NCBI GenBank assembly: GCA_963663545.1
Contig: OY760505.1
Location: forward strand, 873,185-937,184
Reading direction: 5' to 3'
Source: Candidatus Delongbacteria bacterium
GTDB lineage: Bacteria; CAIWAD01
DNA: 64,000 nucleotides
Below the pieces are notes generated by a model. It was not told the DNA's origin, made no database searches, and saw only the letters and a list, made by a program, of their open reading frames with translations. Numbering within the stretch: position 1 is the first letter of the stretch; the number at the start of each line of letters is the position of its first letter. A program made the translations under genes and the position numbers. This document shows positions 42,582 to 54,000 of this stretch, one piece after another.

Positions 42582-43199
42582 TCAGTCGCCGAACTCTTCG
42601 TTGTAGTCGGCCATGGAAGCCTCTACTACTTGCAGCGCGTGATCCAGGCCGTAGACCTTCTCGATGGAGGTCGTGCTCTCCTGTCCCGGAATCAGCTTGT
42701 AGGTACTGAAGTAGTGGGTCAGACGGTCTACCAGAGCGCTTGGCAGATCCTCCAGATCGTGCACCTGTCCCCAGATATTGTCCTTCTCCAGAATGGCGAT
42801 GATTTTGTCGTCGGCCTCGCCCTGATCGATCATCTGCAAACCGCCCACCACTCGCGCCTGCAACAGAATTTCCGCCTGGCTGATGGGACGCTCGCTGATG
42901 ACACAGATATCCAGCGGATCACCGTCGCCGCTTTTTGCCACTGGCGAAAGTGATTTCACGCGCCGTCCGCAGTAGGTGCGGGGAATGAACCCGTACAGCG
43001 CGGGAGGATGATTGCTGGAACGCTGGGGCCGGTCGACTTTCAGGTAGCCCGTCTCTTTATCAACCTCGTACTTCACCAGGTCGAAGGGTGTAATCTCGAT
43101 GTAGGCCGTTACCACTCGCGGTGCTTGCTCACCGGCTCCCAGGCCGTGCCAGGGATGCGGTCGCCAGCGGTAGAAGGGCTTTGGAAAGGACACGTTCAC
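42582..43199 (-). CDS. ppa: inorganic pyrophosphatase (family I)
   Basis: …HPWHGL…AYIEITP…DGDPLDI… motifs. A GTG start at 43199 gives a GTGA overlap with the upstream cytochrome gene stop. Confidence 0.85.
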   Translation of the reverse strand: MNVSFPKPFYRWRPHPWHGLGAGEQAPRVVTAYIEITPFDLVKYEVDKETGYLKVDRPQRSSNHPPALYGFIPRTYCGRRVKSLSPVAKSGDGDPLDICVISERPISQAEILLQARVVGGLQMIDQGEADDKIIAILEKDNIWGQVHDLEDLPSALVDRLTHYFSTYKLIPGQESTTSIEKVYGLDHALQVVEASMADYNEEFGD

Positions 43200-45859
43200 C
43201 TCATCACACTCGCCGTTTGCAGACCCATGTTGGGATGATGCATCGGCATGGTCATCTTCTTCTTGTGACACAGCGCGCAGTTCTCTTCTGCACCGATGCT
43301 CCTGGTGTTCCCCTGATACTGCAGGGGCTGCAGGTTGTCACGATTCGCCTCAAAGATATTGTGTGCCGGGTAAACAGCGTGAGTCGAGCCGTGGCAGGCT
43401 TCGCACATCAGCTTGCCGGTGCCGTCGTGACTCATGCGATAGAGTTTGCTGCCGTCGGGCGTCCACTGGTTGAAGGCACTGGCGTTCTCGGCGGCGGGAT
43501 TGAAATCCTTGTGACAGCCACTGCAATCAGGCTCGTTCAACCAGGGCTGGCGCGCGTTGATTTGGGCGACATCGCTCACCTTGCGCGGACGCAGGTTGGC
43601 CATCAGACGGGCAGCGCCCTTCTTGCCATGCTCGTGCTCGTACTTCAGCAGACTCAGGGCGTGATCCTCAAGCGTGCCATGGCAACTGGTGCAGTCGGTG
43701 GCGTCGCGATGGGCACCACGCAGGCAGTGCGTTGATCCCGTGGGAGACGAAGGATGGCAGCGCGCACAGGCATCGGCCCCCGCGTCGCTCAAGTAATTGG
43801 CATGCCAACCGTGCATGGCAGCGGGGAAGGATAGCAGCTCGGGTTGTCCCTGGGTTCCCAGCACCGGATCGGCATGGCAGCTCTGGCAAAGATGGGGTTC
43901 ACCCGCTTGCGCCTGCTCCAGCAGATTGGTGCGGCTGTAGCGATCATGGGCAAACAGGATGTCGGCCGAAGTGGCATCGCTGAAACCGGCCACACCATCG
44001 ACGCGCCAGGGCCCCCCGTGGCAATTTCGACATCCCATCTCGGTCGAGTTGGGCGCCACTACCTTGGTGCGCGCCAAGAGGGCCCCCTCTGTATCACGCG
44101 CCGTCACTTCAAAGACCGGGAAGGGATTGTACTTGCCGTCCTGGTAGCAGGTCACCGGAATCAGATTGGCACCAAAGGCGTGATGCGCCTCTTCGTACTT
44201 CATGTCGCCACTGACGCCATTGCCGGACAGACCGACGCCCACCGGCAGATCCTTGGCCCCGAAATTGGAGTGGGCGAATTCCCAGAAGCGTACATCGTCC
44301 TGTGGAGTGCGGAAGCCCTCTTCCACTTCATAGCTGATGGTGACACCTTCGCTGACCACCTCTGGCTTGGCACCGCGACGAATGAGTTGAGCGAAAAGGT
44401 CGTTGGCCGGCGGCAGCAGGACCCAGTAGGGATCGCTGTCGCTGATGCAGTGCATGCCCAGATTGTTCCAGGCCAGCAACACGTAATCGTCCTTCTTTGG
44501 GTCAAAGGGCGGAATCTCGGTGTGCAGCTGAGGCGGCGTCCACGCAGGCGCTTCCGGTCGCGGCTTAGCCTGTAGCTCGTATACGACGTAGGCGGCCAAC
44601 GCTTCCTTTTCCTCCTGTGTGCCCACAAAAGGCGGCATGTAGCGATTAACCTTGCCCTGGCCCGTCATCTGGGCCTGCAGACCGAAGCTGCTGTATTTGG
44701 CCGTGAGGGGCAGGATGTCATTGAGCACACCGTTCACGCTGTGACACGCGGCGCACTCGAGCTGAAACAGCCGACGCCCCATCTCGATCTGGTTGTCCGG
44801 CGTGATACGACGCTCGGGCAGCCAGCGCGCATGGGCCAGCACGCCTTCCTGATTGATCTGCTGCACCTGCGAGGGCATAACGTTGCTGGAATAGAGGTAA
44901 TCGTAGATCACGAAGGGGCGACGTCCCGCCTCACGGATGTACTCGAAGCTGCCGATCCAGGAAAGCCCGACAAGCAGCATTACAGCCGCCAACAGACCAT
45001 GAATCAGCTTGGGCGGACGCAGCCAGCCCAGTACCGTAGCCAGCAGACTGGCAAGGCCCAGCGCTCCGCCCACCATGACGATACGGCCCAGCCACACGTA
45101 GATTTCAGGCGAGCGCTGCAAAATGATCTCACGAACTTCAGGCGGAGTGGCATGTAAGTACCACCACGCAGCAGGCAGGCTGAGCAGGAAGGGCGGCAGC
45201 AGCCAGGTGGCGCAGGCCTTCATGGCACGCAGCCGCAGCTCGCGATCGCGCAGGAAAGCCGAGGTGAAGAAGCCGAACAGACCGGCGATGGTGAGCGCCA
45301 GGAAGGTGCGGAAGACCAGCGCAGGCAGGAAGCCCGGGTTGAAGAAGCCCAGCCAGAAGTTGCCGTTTTGCAACCAACCACCAGGCGTGAGCATGAAGGT
45401 CAGAATGCCATTGATGATGAAGAGCGAGGCCCAGGCGGCACCGAAGTAGATCCAGCCGATCTTGATGTGCGTCTTCGGATTCATCTTGTCGAAAGTGGCC
45501 ACGTAAATCAGCAGCGCGGCGATCTCGACAAAAAAGAAGACCCACTCCGTAGCCCAGCCGAAGACGAAGTTGTGAATCAGCACCGAGGTCGCGGCGGGAT
45601 TGAGCAGCGAAATCGTAAACCAGATGCCCACGCCCGTCAGACCACCGAAAACCATTGTCAACAGCAGGAAGAACTTGGCGTGAACGCGTACGAAGTCCAG
45701 CAGCCCCTTGTCCTGCGTGTTACGCGCCTTGGACTCCAGCAGCACCAGAAAGAGACCGCCGCCCACGGCAAAATGTGATACAAAGACATGCACGATGGCG
45801 ATCAGCGCAATCCAGAAGCCGCCGCCCGTTGTCCAGAGTTCCCAGTAGGGGTAATTCAT
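43196..45859 (-). CDS. cytochrome bd (CydA)-like membrane domain fused to a C-terminal octaheme c-type cytochrome domain
   Basis: Start set at MNYPYWELW (ATG 45859, GGGAGGGA upstream). The N-terminal helix …[23 protein letters not shown]… aligns with the CydA heme-ligand helix (…MYHFLFVPLTLGLAFLLAIMET…). About 10 TM helices. The C-terminal ~480 aa carry eight CxxCH motifs: CAACH, CRNCH, CQSCH, CARCH, CTSCH, CSGCH, CEACH, CALCH. Confidence 0.8.
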   Translation of the reverse strand: MNYPYWELWTTGGGFWIALIAIVHVFVSHFAVGGGLFLVLLESKARNTQDKGLLDFVRVHAKFFLLLTMVFGGLTGVGIWFTISLLNPAATSVLIHNFVFGWATEWVFFFVEIAALLIYVATFDKMNPKTHIKIGWIYFGAAWASLFIINGILTFMLTPGGWLQNGNFWLGFFNPGFLPALVFRTFLALTIAGLFGFFTSAFLRDRELRLRAMKACATWLLPPFLLSLPAAWWYLHATPPEVREIILQRSPEIYVWLGRIVMVGGALGLASLLATVLGWLRPPKLIHGLLAAVMLLVGLSWIGSFEYIREAGRRPFVIYDYLYSSNVMPSQVQQINQEGVLAHARWLPERRITPDNQIEMGRRLFQLECAACHSVNGVLNDILPLTAKYSSFGLQAQMTGQGKVNRYMPPFVGTQEEKEALAAYVVYELQAKPRPEAPAWTPPQLHTEIPPFDPKKDDYVLLAWNNLGMHCISDSDPYWVLLPPANDLFAQLIRRGAKPEVVSEGVTISYEVEEGFRTPQDDVRFWEFAHSNFGAKDLPVGVGLSGNGVSGDMKYEEAHHAFGANLIPVTCYQDGKYNPFPVFEVTARDTEGALLARTKVVAPNSTEMGCRNCHGGPWRVDGVAGFSDATSADILFAHDRYSRTNLLEQAQAGEPHLCQSCHADPVLGTQGQPELLSFPAAMHGWHANYLSDAGADACARCHPSSPTGSTHCLRGAHRDATDCTSCHGTLEDHALSLLKYEHEHGKKGAARLMANLRPRKVSDVAQINARQPWLNEPDCSGCHKDFNPAAENASAFNQWTPDGSKLYRMSHDGTGKLMCEACHGSTHAVYPAHNIFEANRDNLQPLQYQGNTRSIGAEENCALCHKKKMTMPMHHPNMGLQTASVMR

Positions 45860-45860
45860 G

Positions 45861-46907
45861 TTATCCCTCCCGGACCGCGGCTGCGGCCTGCTTGAGCATC
45901 CAACCAAGAACCACCAGTCCACCCACGAAGGTCACAAGGAAAAGGATCATCGGGCTGTACTGTGTCACCTGCGGCAAATCAGCCAGCGAAAAATCGGGCA
46001 GATAACCGCCGCGCACGGCGTCGCGCATCAGCGCCATGACGGCTACCAGCAGCGCCAGCATACTCACCGTCGGCCAGACCCTTTTGCGGAAGCCAGTCAC
46101 TAGCACACCGACTGCCAGCACAACGCCCAGCAGCAGCAGAATGGTGGCGTAAAGGCTGTCCCCCATGAAGAGCAATAAAATCGGCCGCGGCAGCGCAATG
46201 AGGAACCAGAGGCCGATGAAGATTTGTATCACGGTAGCATAGCTGAATATGTTCATGCCGTAATCGACGACCGCCCTCATCTCGGGCTTCTTGGCCAGCT
46301 GGCGCTGGGCCAGTAGTGCGCGTGTCAGACCACCAACAGCAAGGGAAGCAATGACAAAGTGCAGCCAGCGCGGCCACAGAGTGGAATCTCCCAGCAGCAG
46401 TGTACCGGAAGCATCACTGAACCAGGCACCCCAGTCACCGGGGCGCAGCATGAGCGTCATGTTGGTGGTAAAGAAGAAGGAAACCACCAGCAAGAGTGCG
46501 CATACGAGTAGTAGCACAAACGTGCGCCCGACACCTGGCTCACTCAGCTTGTAGCGCAGAATGTACAAGCCATAGTAGGCCGTCATCAGCAGCACAATAA
46601 TCGACAGCCACCACACAGCCATCATGATGGAGCTAACGTAGATATAGTGGCCGAAGAGCACCTGGACGAAGAGCAGAGGAGCCACACCCAGATTGATAGT
46701 GAAAGCCATCAACCAGGGAAGCTGGCGCCCCATTCCCGCGTCACGGTTCTGTCCGCGAACGCTGTCGGCAAAGGCCAGCAGCACGCCGCCCAGCATGGCG
46801 TTCATCACCAGTAGATGCAGGACGAAGGTCAGGATCAGTAAGAGTTGAAACCAGCCCCACGCCACCGGAATGGCATCGGGAGTTGGAATCAGATCGCCTG
46901 GAGTCAT
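45861..46907 (-). CDS. cytochrome bd (CydA)-like integral membrane protein, no heme-c domain
   Basis: 348 aa, about 9 TM helices. N-terminal helix …LTFVLHLLVMNAMLGGVLLAFAD… resembles CydA helix 1. Its stop lies 1 nt upstream of the fused gene. Confidence 0.6.
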   Translation of the reverse strand: MTPGDLIPTPDAIPVAWGWFQLLLILTFVLHLLVMNAMLGGVLLAFADSVRGQNRDAGMGRQLPWLMAFTINLGVAPLLFVQVLFGHYIYVSSIMMAVWWLSIIVLLMTAYYGLYILRYKLSEPGVGRTFVLLLVCALLLVVSFFFTTNMTLMLRPGDWGAWFSDASGTLLLGDSTLWPRWLHFVIASLAVGGLTRALLAQRQLAKKPEMRAVVDYGMNIFSYATVIQIFIGLWFLIALPRPILLLFMGDSLYATILLLLGVVLAVGVLVTGFRKRVWPTVSMLALLVAVMALMRDAVRGGYLPDFSLADLPQVTQYSPMILFLVTFVGGLVVLGWMLKQAAAAVREG

Positions 46908-47104
46908 GAGTCTCTCCTTTGCGGATGCAACTCGAGCAGGCGCAGTTTACCCGTCGAGTCTGTGGAAGGAGTCTATGCTTGGTTCACGTTTCCCATCGAA
47001 GCGCCGCAGGATCCAATGCATGTGGTGGCGCACGACACCAAGGAAGTATATCCCTGCTATGAGACCAAGATCTTTATCGTGTTAGATTTGATGCATCTTC
47101 ATGA

Positions 47105-47794
47105 TCAGAGCAGAAAAGCACTGCTTATCTCAATATGCGCAGCTTGCAGCCCCTCGCGTAAAGGATGACCGGATTGGTCCTGATTGAGGTGCTCGCCACG
47201 ACCGTCCTGCAGCCAACGTGCAAAGCCCGACGCATTGAGCCAGTACCACAAGCCCCAGTTGGGGAAGTTCCACTCTTCGGAATATGGGTTGGTCTCGTAG
47301 TCGATGTAGTACAGCCGTTTGTCACGCAGTACAAAATTGGCGGGAAACCAATCCAGGTTCAGCCCTGCATCACGGCAGATACGATGCAGCTCCGCTAACT
47401 GGGCAAAGCACTCCTGCGGTACGCGGTCCTGGGCAATCAACTCCGGCGCATCCTCGCCGTGGATATACTCCTTGAGCAACCAGTCTTTGTCCACGCTGTA
47501 TGACAACAGTTCGGGCATGGGAACACCAAGTCTGCGCAGCCGCTGTTCTGCATCCAACTCGCAGCCCAGCTTGTCTGCGTCGAACCGATAGAAGGAATTG
47601 GGCTGATGATGAATCAGCTTCAACACGCGCTCGACACCGGCGCACTTGACCAGCCATGAAATGCCGGACTTCCCGCGCCCAAGCTCGCGCACAGCTTGGC
47701 AGTGTGTATCACCAATCAGAAGGCTCTGAGCGCTCTCGAGTGAGGGCAGAAGTGGATGTAGCGGAGCGGACTCAGCGTGTATCACGTGCGACAC
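47105..47794 (-). CDS. lipopolysaccharide kinase (Kdo/WaaP)-family protein kinase-like protein
   Basis: Gly-rich loop LGRGKSGISWLV, catalytic-loop-like LDWFPANFVL, and YYIDYE. Confidence 0.6.
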   Translation of the reverse strand: MSHVIHAESAPLHPLLPSLESAQSLLIGDTHCQAVRELGRGKSGISWLVKCAGVERVLKLIHHQPNSFYRFDADKLGCELDAEQRLRRLGVPMPELLSYSVDKDWLLKEYIHGEDAPELIAQDRVPQECFAQLAELHRICRDAGLNLDWFPANFVLRDKRLYYIDYETNPYSEEWNFPNWGLWYWLNASGFARWLQDGRGEHLNQDQSGHPLREGLQAAHIEISSAFLL

Positions 47795-48983
47795 GCCTCC
47801 AGATGGCGATCATACGTCCGGCCAACGCTGACCAGCCGAAGCGCTCAACCAGTTCTGCTCCAGCAGATCCAGCGGGCCCCAAAGACATCGCGTGTGCGAG
47901 TGTGTTACACAGCTCACTCACAAAGACCGAGCGGTATTCTCCTACAGGTTCATCTACGCTGGCCATCGGCGGCTGTGTCACAAGATGCAGACTATCTCCA
48001 AGCCAGGGGGCCAAGCCCTGGCGGATACCGGGCAGCCCCGTAGCCACGAGACGACAGCCACAGGCGCGGGCTTCCGCCAGTACCAGTGGAAGCCCTTCGT
48101 AGAAGGAGGGCAAAACCAGCAAATCGCTCTGGCGCATCAATCCAGCCAGCTCCGACTGGGCTAACTGTCCGTGCTGAATCACATTTGGCATCTGCTCCGT
48201 GCGCGCCGCCAGCGTTTCCGCCTCTTCTCCGGCACCGGCCCCGGCGATGTGCAGCTCCCACTTTCCTGGCAGTCGCTCAATAGCGTCCAGTAGCTCGGGC
48301 AGGCCCTTGGCACGGCTGTATTTGCCAACGTAGAGCATGCGTCCCGTGGATGTGTCACAGCGGCCTTCGCTATGGAAGATGCGATCGCTGTAGCCCGTTC
48401 CCGCCACCTGGACTTCTTCAAGGGGCACGTTCAATGTTTGCGCGACCTGTCTGCGCTGCTCATCGTGCAGAACCAGCCAGGCGTTGGCCTTCCGGCAGCC
48501 GTGTATCACTTCCTCTGCAAGATGGGGGCAGAGCACAAGCTGTCGCAGGCCGGTTGCATGGCTGTAGATCACCAGCGGTATGGATCCGCGCAACTCCGCT
48601 ACCGTGGCGCTAAGCAGCCAGATGTGGTTGCTCTGAATCAGATCCGGTTGCCAGTCGCGCAAGATCTGTATCACGCAGGCGCGCCAGGCTTGGCGATACG
48701 ATTCCAACTGTGGGGATGTCAGCTGAGCAAAACGGCTGCTCTTGTAGGGCATCACATCGCTCATGCCCGGTAGCGCAAAAGGCAACTCTTCCCCACCAAA
48801 TCGCAGTGCGTAAACATCCTCGTGCGTCAGGCCCCCCACCTGAGGGACAGCGGCCTCAGCGGGAAGTCCCACCAGCACACGCTGCTCGATTCCCTGACGG
48901 CGAGCCTGGTCCACCACTTCGTGCAGAGCAACACCGCTGCCAGTATAAGCAGGCTGCTGGGAAAGCAGGTGTAGTACACGCAT
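47772..48983 (-). CDS. glycosyltransferase family 4
   Basis: GT4 C-terminal signature …LVLPSFYEGLPLVLAEARACGCRLVATG…. Confidence 0.85.
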   Translation of the reverse strand: MRVLHLLSQQPAYTGSGVALHEVVDQARRQGIEQRVLVGLPAEAAVPQVGGLTHEDVYALRFGGEELPFALPGMSDVMPYKSSRFAQLTSPQLESYRQAWRACVIQILRDWQPDLIQSNHIWLLSATVAELRGSIPLVIYSHATGLRQLVLCPHLAEEVIHGCRKANAWLVLHDEQRRQVAQTLNVPLEEVQVAGTGYSDRIFHSEGRCDTSTGRMLYVGKYSRAKGLPELLDAIERLPGKWELHIAGAGAGEEAETLAARTEQMPNVIQHGQLAQSELAGLMRQSDLLVLPSFYEGLPLVLAEARACGCRLVATGLPGIRQGLAPWLGDSLHLVTQPPMASVDEPVGEYRSVFVSELCNTLAHAMSLGPAGSAGAELVERFGWSALAGRMIAIWRRVARDTR

Positions 48984-48995
48984 GGTCAGGATTCC

Positions 48996-49727
48996 TTAAA
49001 CAATGACCGTGATCCACTGCCAGCACAGCAGTCCACCCAGTAGAAGCAGACTTAGAAAAACGCCACGACGAAACAGCTGTTGGGGTAGACGGGTGGCCAG
49101 ACGCCCTCCCAACCAAACTCCTGCGATCGTGCAAGGAAGGGCGAAGACGAAATAGCGAAAGAGCCCCATGCTCCACAAACCGCCCAGGCCGTGTGACACA
49201 GCAATAGATAGCGCAGCAGGCAGAAAGTAACCTTGGAGCGTGGCGCGAAAGCGCTGACTGTTGTAGCCGCGTAGTGTGCACCACACCACCACCGGGGGAC
49301 CATTAACATTGGCGGCACCGCCCAACAATCCGGCAATGAATCCCGTTGGGTAAATCGACCACGTATCACGCAGCTCGCATTCCCGTGTGCTGAAAAGCTG
49401 CCAAAGCGTGTACCACACCAATAGCAGGCCAAGACCGCCCAGGATCCAGCTCTCCGGTGCACGCCGAAGCAGCACAACTCCCAGCGGCAGTCCCAATAGT
49501 GTTCCTGCCACCAGGCGCAGGGCCGAAGGCCAGTCCACGTCACTGCGCGTGTGACGCAGCATCAGCAGCACAATACTCAGTGATCCCAGAGCGACCAGCG
49601 GAGTCGCCAGGCGTGGCCCTAGCACCAGTCCCAGTAAAGGCATGGCTAGCAGGGCATCACCAAAACCCAGCGCTCCACGTACACAGGCAGCCACCAGGCT
49701 GATCAGGCAGACGGCGAGGATCTCCAT
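48996..49727 (-). CDS. TSUP (TauE/SafE, DUF81) family membrane protein
   Basis: 243 aa, about 8 TM helices, duplicated Gly-rich halves typical of TSUP. Confidence 0.75.
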   Translation of the reverse strand: MEILAVCLISLVAACVRGALGFGDALLAMPLLGLVLGPRLATPLVALGSLSIVLLMLRHTRSDVDWPSALRLVAGTLLGLPLGVVLLRRAPESWILGGLGLLLVWYTLWQLFSTRECELRDTWSIYPTGFIAGLLGGAANVNGPPVVVWCTLRGYNSQRFRATLQGYFLPAALSIAVSHGLGGLWSMGLFRYFVFALPCTIAGVWLGGRLATRLPQQLFRRGVFLSLLLLGGLLCWQWITVIV

Positions 49728-50992
49728 CAGTCACACTTGCCCAACTCACCGGCCAACCCACGCAAATCCTGTCCGCTGGGCTGCTGGAACACATGCAGAT
49801 CGAAGACCGGCACCATGGCCAACACGCGGTCGAAGATGTCTGCCTGAATGGCCTCGTACTGTGCCCATTCTGTAGTACGCGTGAAGACATAGATCTCGAT
49901 GGGAAGCCCGGTGGGGCCGGGCTGCAGTTGCCGGATGAGAAAGGTCATGTCCTGATGCACGGCGGGATGCTGCCGCAGCCAGAGTTGCAGCCAGGCGCGA
50001 AAGCAGCCGATGTTGGTCAAGCCGCGGCCATTGACGGCGTCCTGCGCCTGCAAACCCAGGCGTGCATGTTCTTCGCCGATTTCCTGCAACTTGCCCTGCA
50101 TGTACTCCTTGAGCAGGCCAATGCTCAGCAGTCGCTGGCGCAAGGCTTCATCGAGGAAACGAATGCTGCCCTGGTCGATGTGAATCGCGCGCTTGATGCG
50201 ACGACCACCGGATTGCTCCATGCCGCGCCAATTGCGGAAGCTTCCGGAGATCAGCTGGTACGTAGGAATGGTGACAATGGTCTTGTCCCAGTTCTGCACT
50301 TTGACCGTGGTCAGTGATACATCAATCACCGTTCCGTCGGCGCCCGCCTGGGGTTGTTCTATCCAATCGCCACGCGCCACCATTTGATTGGCAGAGAGTT
50401 GCACGCCTGCCACCAGGCCTAGAATGGCATCACGAAAAACGAGCATCAGTACAGCAGCAAACGCCCCCAGCCCGGAAAGCAACACCAGAGGACTACGCCC
50501 CAGCAGCTGTGATACAAAGAGAATCAGACACACGCTCCAGGCAAGTATCTGCAGCACTTGAATGAAGCCCTTCAGAGGGACTTCGCGGGCGCGGTCACGC
50601 TGATCGTAAATCTGTAACACGGTGCGCAGTAGAGCTGTGGCAATAGTCGTACCGACGATGATCAACCACAGGCGCAGCAATAACAGAAGCAGGCTGTGCA
50701 GCGCACTGCCTTCATCCAGCACAAGCGGTAACAGCATGTAGATGCTGAGCAAAGGAACCACGCGAAAGACCTGCTGGGGCACACGGTTTTCCAGGAGCGC
50801 GTCGTCCCAATTCGTTTCGGTGCGCAGGATAAAGCGCTTCAGAACTGCCAACACAGGGCGCCAGAGCACCCAGTGTATCACAACGGCCAGTAGCAGCAGA
50901 AACAACACACCGCCGGCCATGCCCAAATGATCTGCCGTTGTAGACAACAATCCCTGCTCCTGCAGCAATCGACTGAAATAGCTCTGCATCAC
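49727..50992 (-). CDS. MscS-family mechanosensitive channel
   Basis: TM region followed by an MscS beta-domain signature (…TVIDVSLTTVKVQNWDKTIVTIPTYQLISGSFRNW…). Confidence 0.85.
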   Translation of the reverse strand: MMQSYFSRLLQEQGLLSTTADHLGMAGGVLFLLLLAVVIHWVLWRPVLAVLKRFILRTETNWDDALLENRVPQQVFRVVPLLSIYMLLPLVLDEGSALHSLLLLLLRLWLIIVGTTIATALLRTVLQIYDQRDRAREVPLKGFIQVLQILAWSVCLILFVSQLLGRSPLVLLSGLGAFAAVLMLVFRDAILGLVAGVQLSANQMVARGDWIEQPQAGADGTVIDVSLTTVKVQNWDKTIVTIPTYQLISGSFRNWRGMEQSGGRRIKRAIHIDQGSIRFLDEALRQRLLSIGLLKEYMQGKLQEIGEEHARLGLQAQDAVNGRGLTNIGCFRAWLQLWLRQHPAVHQDMTFLIRQLQPGPTGLPIEIYVFTRTTEWAQYEAIQADIFDRVLAMVPVFDLHVFQQPSGQDLRGLAGELGKCD

Positions 50993-51099
50993 GCCTCCAA
51001 CTTCACCTGCTGCAAATGTAGGGATCGCCGGGGCGGCCCCAAAGAAAAGCCGGCGCCACTTCTGAAGCGACGCCGGCCTGTGTTTTGTGATACGTGATC

Positions 51100-54000
51100 T
51101 TAGTTCGTGGCAATCACGCGATAGAAGCGCAGCTGGTCTGCGGCCACCTCGCCCAGACTATAGCTGAGGTCCGTTGTCGTAGCCAGCGTGCTCCAGCTTC
51201 CGCCAAACACAGTGGCCACTTCAATGCGATAAGCGCTGGCACCGGCAATGGCCTCCCACTGCAGACTCACCAGACCCGCATCGTTCTGGATCACCGTAAC
51301 AGGCGTTTCCAACTCAAGCGAACCCACGGTCAGCGTCACCGGCACTACGATGGTGGCATTGTCCGGATCGTTGCAGCTAATGGTGATGCTGCCGGTGTAC
51401 TCACCTTCCAGCATGTCGGTGGTGTCGAAGTCAACCAGCAGATTCTGGCTGCTGCCAATGCCCACAGTACCCGAAGTCGGTGAAATGGTGAACCAAGGCT
51501 CCTTCTCAGGAACTGCGGTGATGAGAATGGCCATGCTTCCCGTCAGGTAGCTGCCAGTATCGTAGAGGATCTGCAGGCCGTTCGAACCCGCGGAATTCTC
51601 GATACCCACCGTGGCGCTGTTGTCCAGACCGATGGCCTGATACTGGAAGAGAATGCTGTTGTCGCTGTTTAAGATTGCCTGGAAGGTGAAGACCTCACCA
51701 CTGCTGTAATGCGGAATGGAGTCCCACTGCGCGATGAAGCGATTGGCATCGACGTAGTAATAGACTTCACCACCCAGGTTCGGGCTCAGGTCATCCCAGC
51801 AGACGGCGACAAGATTGTTCGGCTCGCTACTGGTGGGAATCGGGTCGTTCGAGTAGTCCGTGGAAGTACTGGTGAAGGAAAGGAATCCGTTCGACATCAC
51901 ACGCACGGTACTGAAGGTGTTATCGTAGAAGTCGAATTCGAAGCCCATCTCGATTTCGTCACTGTAATCATCATCGGCGAAACCCAGCGGAGTACCGATG
52001 CTGCTGATATCAACCCAGTTGTACGTGGGACCGCCGGTCTCATTGCTATCCATCCAGGTGTAGCCGTAGTAATCAGGGCCACCAGCGTCGCGAATCGCTG
52101 CGGGCTCACGTGTATCGGCCTCGCCCTTGGCGAGTTTCAGCTCGGCGCGTACAACCAGCGCAGGATCATCAATGGCCATGTCCGCCGACCAGTTCAACAC
52201 ATTTTCGCCGTCGTTGGCGATGTTCAGCGAGCGCTGTGCGGTGGTGTTGGGTTCCATGACCTGGGCAATAGACGAGGGCGTCACCAGGATTTCCGGGAAG
52301 GTGGGAACTCCCATGCTCGGCATCTGGACGAAGTCCACCCAGGCGCAATCCGAACCGCTACTAAGGCTTACATCCTTGTCGTACACCCAGCTCAGCGTGT
52401 GACTTCCAGTGCTGAGGGCGTACTCAGCATAGGTCCAGTCGATGGTGCCCGCCCACTGATCCTGCACGACGCCGTCGATCTGGAATTGCAGGTAATCGTA
52501 GCCGGATTCCGAACTCACCTTGTACCAAAAGTCCACCGTGGAAGCGGCGGTGACTTCCAGCGCCACGCTCATGGTGCTGATCTCATTGTCATCAATGTCG
52601 CCGCTGCGTGCGCACTGGCTGCCACTGTAATACTCGGCGTCGTCAATCACCCAGATGGCATCACCGCTGAACTCCCAGGGGAAGTTATTGAAGCCGGTCT
52701 CAAAGTCCTCGTGCAGGCGGATGGGCATCACGAAGTTCAGCGTGGCCGCCGCATCGAAATGGAGGCTGGATTCCTGCGTGGAGTAGCCGGACTTCAGGGC
52801 CTGCACCGTATAGGTCGCGCCCGTGGGCAGACTTAGCGAGTACTGGCCATAGGCATTGGTGTAGACCGTGCTCAGCGGCGTATCCAGAGCGCTGATGGCC
52901 ACATTGGAAAGCAGCGTACCCTCTGTGTCCATGACGGTTCCAGTCAGCAGGGCGGCCGGTGCGGGAGTCAAGCTGACGTTGTTGGTCACGGTGCCGTCTT
53001 CGGGCACGATCACTACATCGGTTGCCGAGACATAGCCAAAGGCCTCGTAGGACAGGGTGTAGGTGGCAGCGGGCAGGTACATGCTGTACTCGCCGCTGGC
53101 GTTGCTGGTAGTACGCTCGCTACCCGCAGTGTTGCTGATGATCGCATCGGCAATGGTGCCGCCGCTGGTGGAACTCACCGTTCCCGCAACAACGCCGTAG
53201 CCGTCCATGATTTGTGACACAGCGGCAAAGGCGTCGATCAGGCCCCAGCCCCAGGTATTGTCTTCGCCAGTGGTACCGCGATCAAGGGCGGTATCCATCA
53301 GGATCTGCTTGATGGTGGTCACATCGGCATCAGGAGCCGCGGCGCGCATCAGCGCCACAACGCCAGCCACGTGCGGACCGGCCATGGAAGTTCCGCTCAT
53401 CTCCACGTAGTCGCCATAGGCGTCAATACTGTAGATGTCGTCACCGGGCGCTGTCACTTCGGGCTTGACGGCGTAATCGCCACCGCAACCGGAAGGCCCG
53501 CGGCTCGAGAAGTAACTGATGGTGTTGCCGTCCGTGCTGCAGCTGCCCACGGAGAAGCAATTGGTGGCTGTGGTAGCGCGATCGGCGGGACTGCGCAAGG
53601 TGCCGCTGGTGGAGCCTTCGTTGCCCGCAGACCAGGTCAGCACAACGCCAGCAGCCTCGCAATTGTCGATGGCCGACCACCAGCGTGTATCACAATCGAG
53701 GTAGCCAAAGCTCTCGTTGACGCCCCAGGAGTTCTGCACGACGTCGGGCATGTCGTCCACCGTGCCGGAATTACCGTCGGGATCGGCAAACCACTGCAGA
53801 CAGGTAACGACCGCATTATCAAAGGATGTGCCCGCGTTCATCATGATGGGATTGGCGGCAATCCACTCGGCACCCGGCGCCACGCCGATGCTGTCGTTGG
53901 GTGCCAGACCGCAGATAGTGCCCATGACGTGGGAACCGTGGCCGTCGCCGTCACCGGGCGTGGAATAGCCAAGTCCGGCCACATCCAGCCAGCACTCGGA

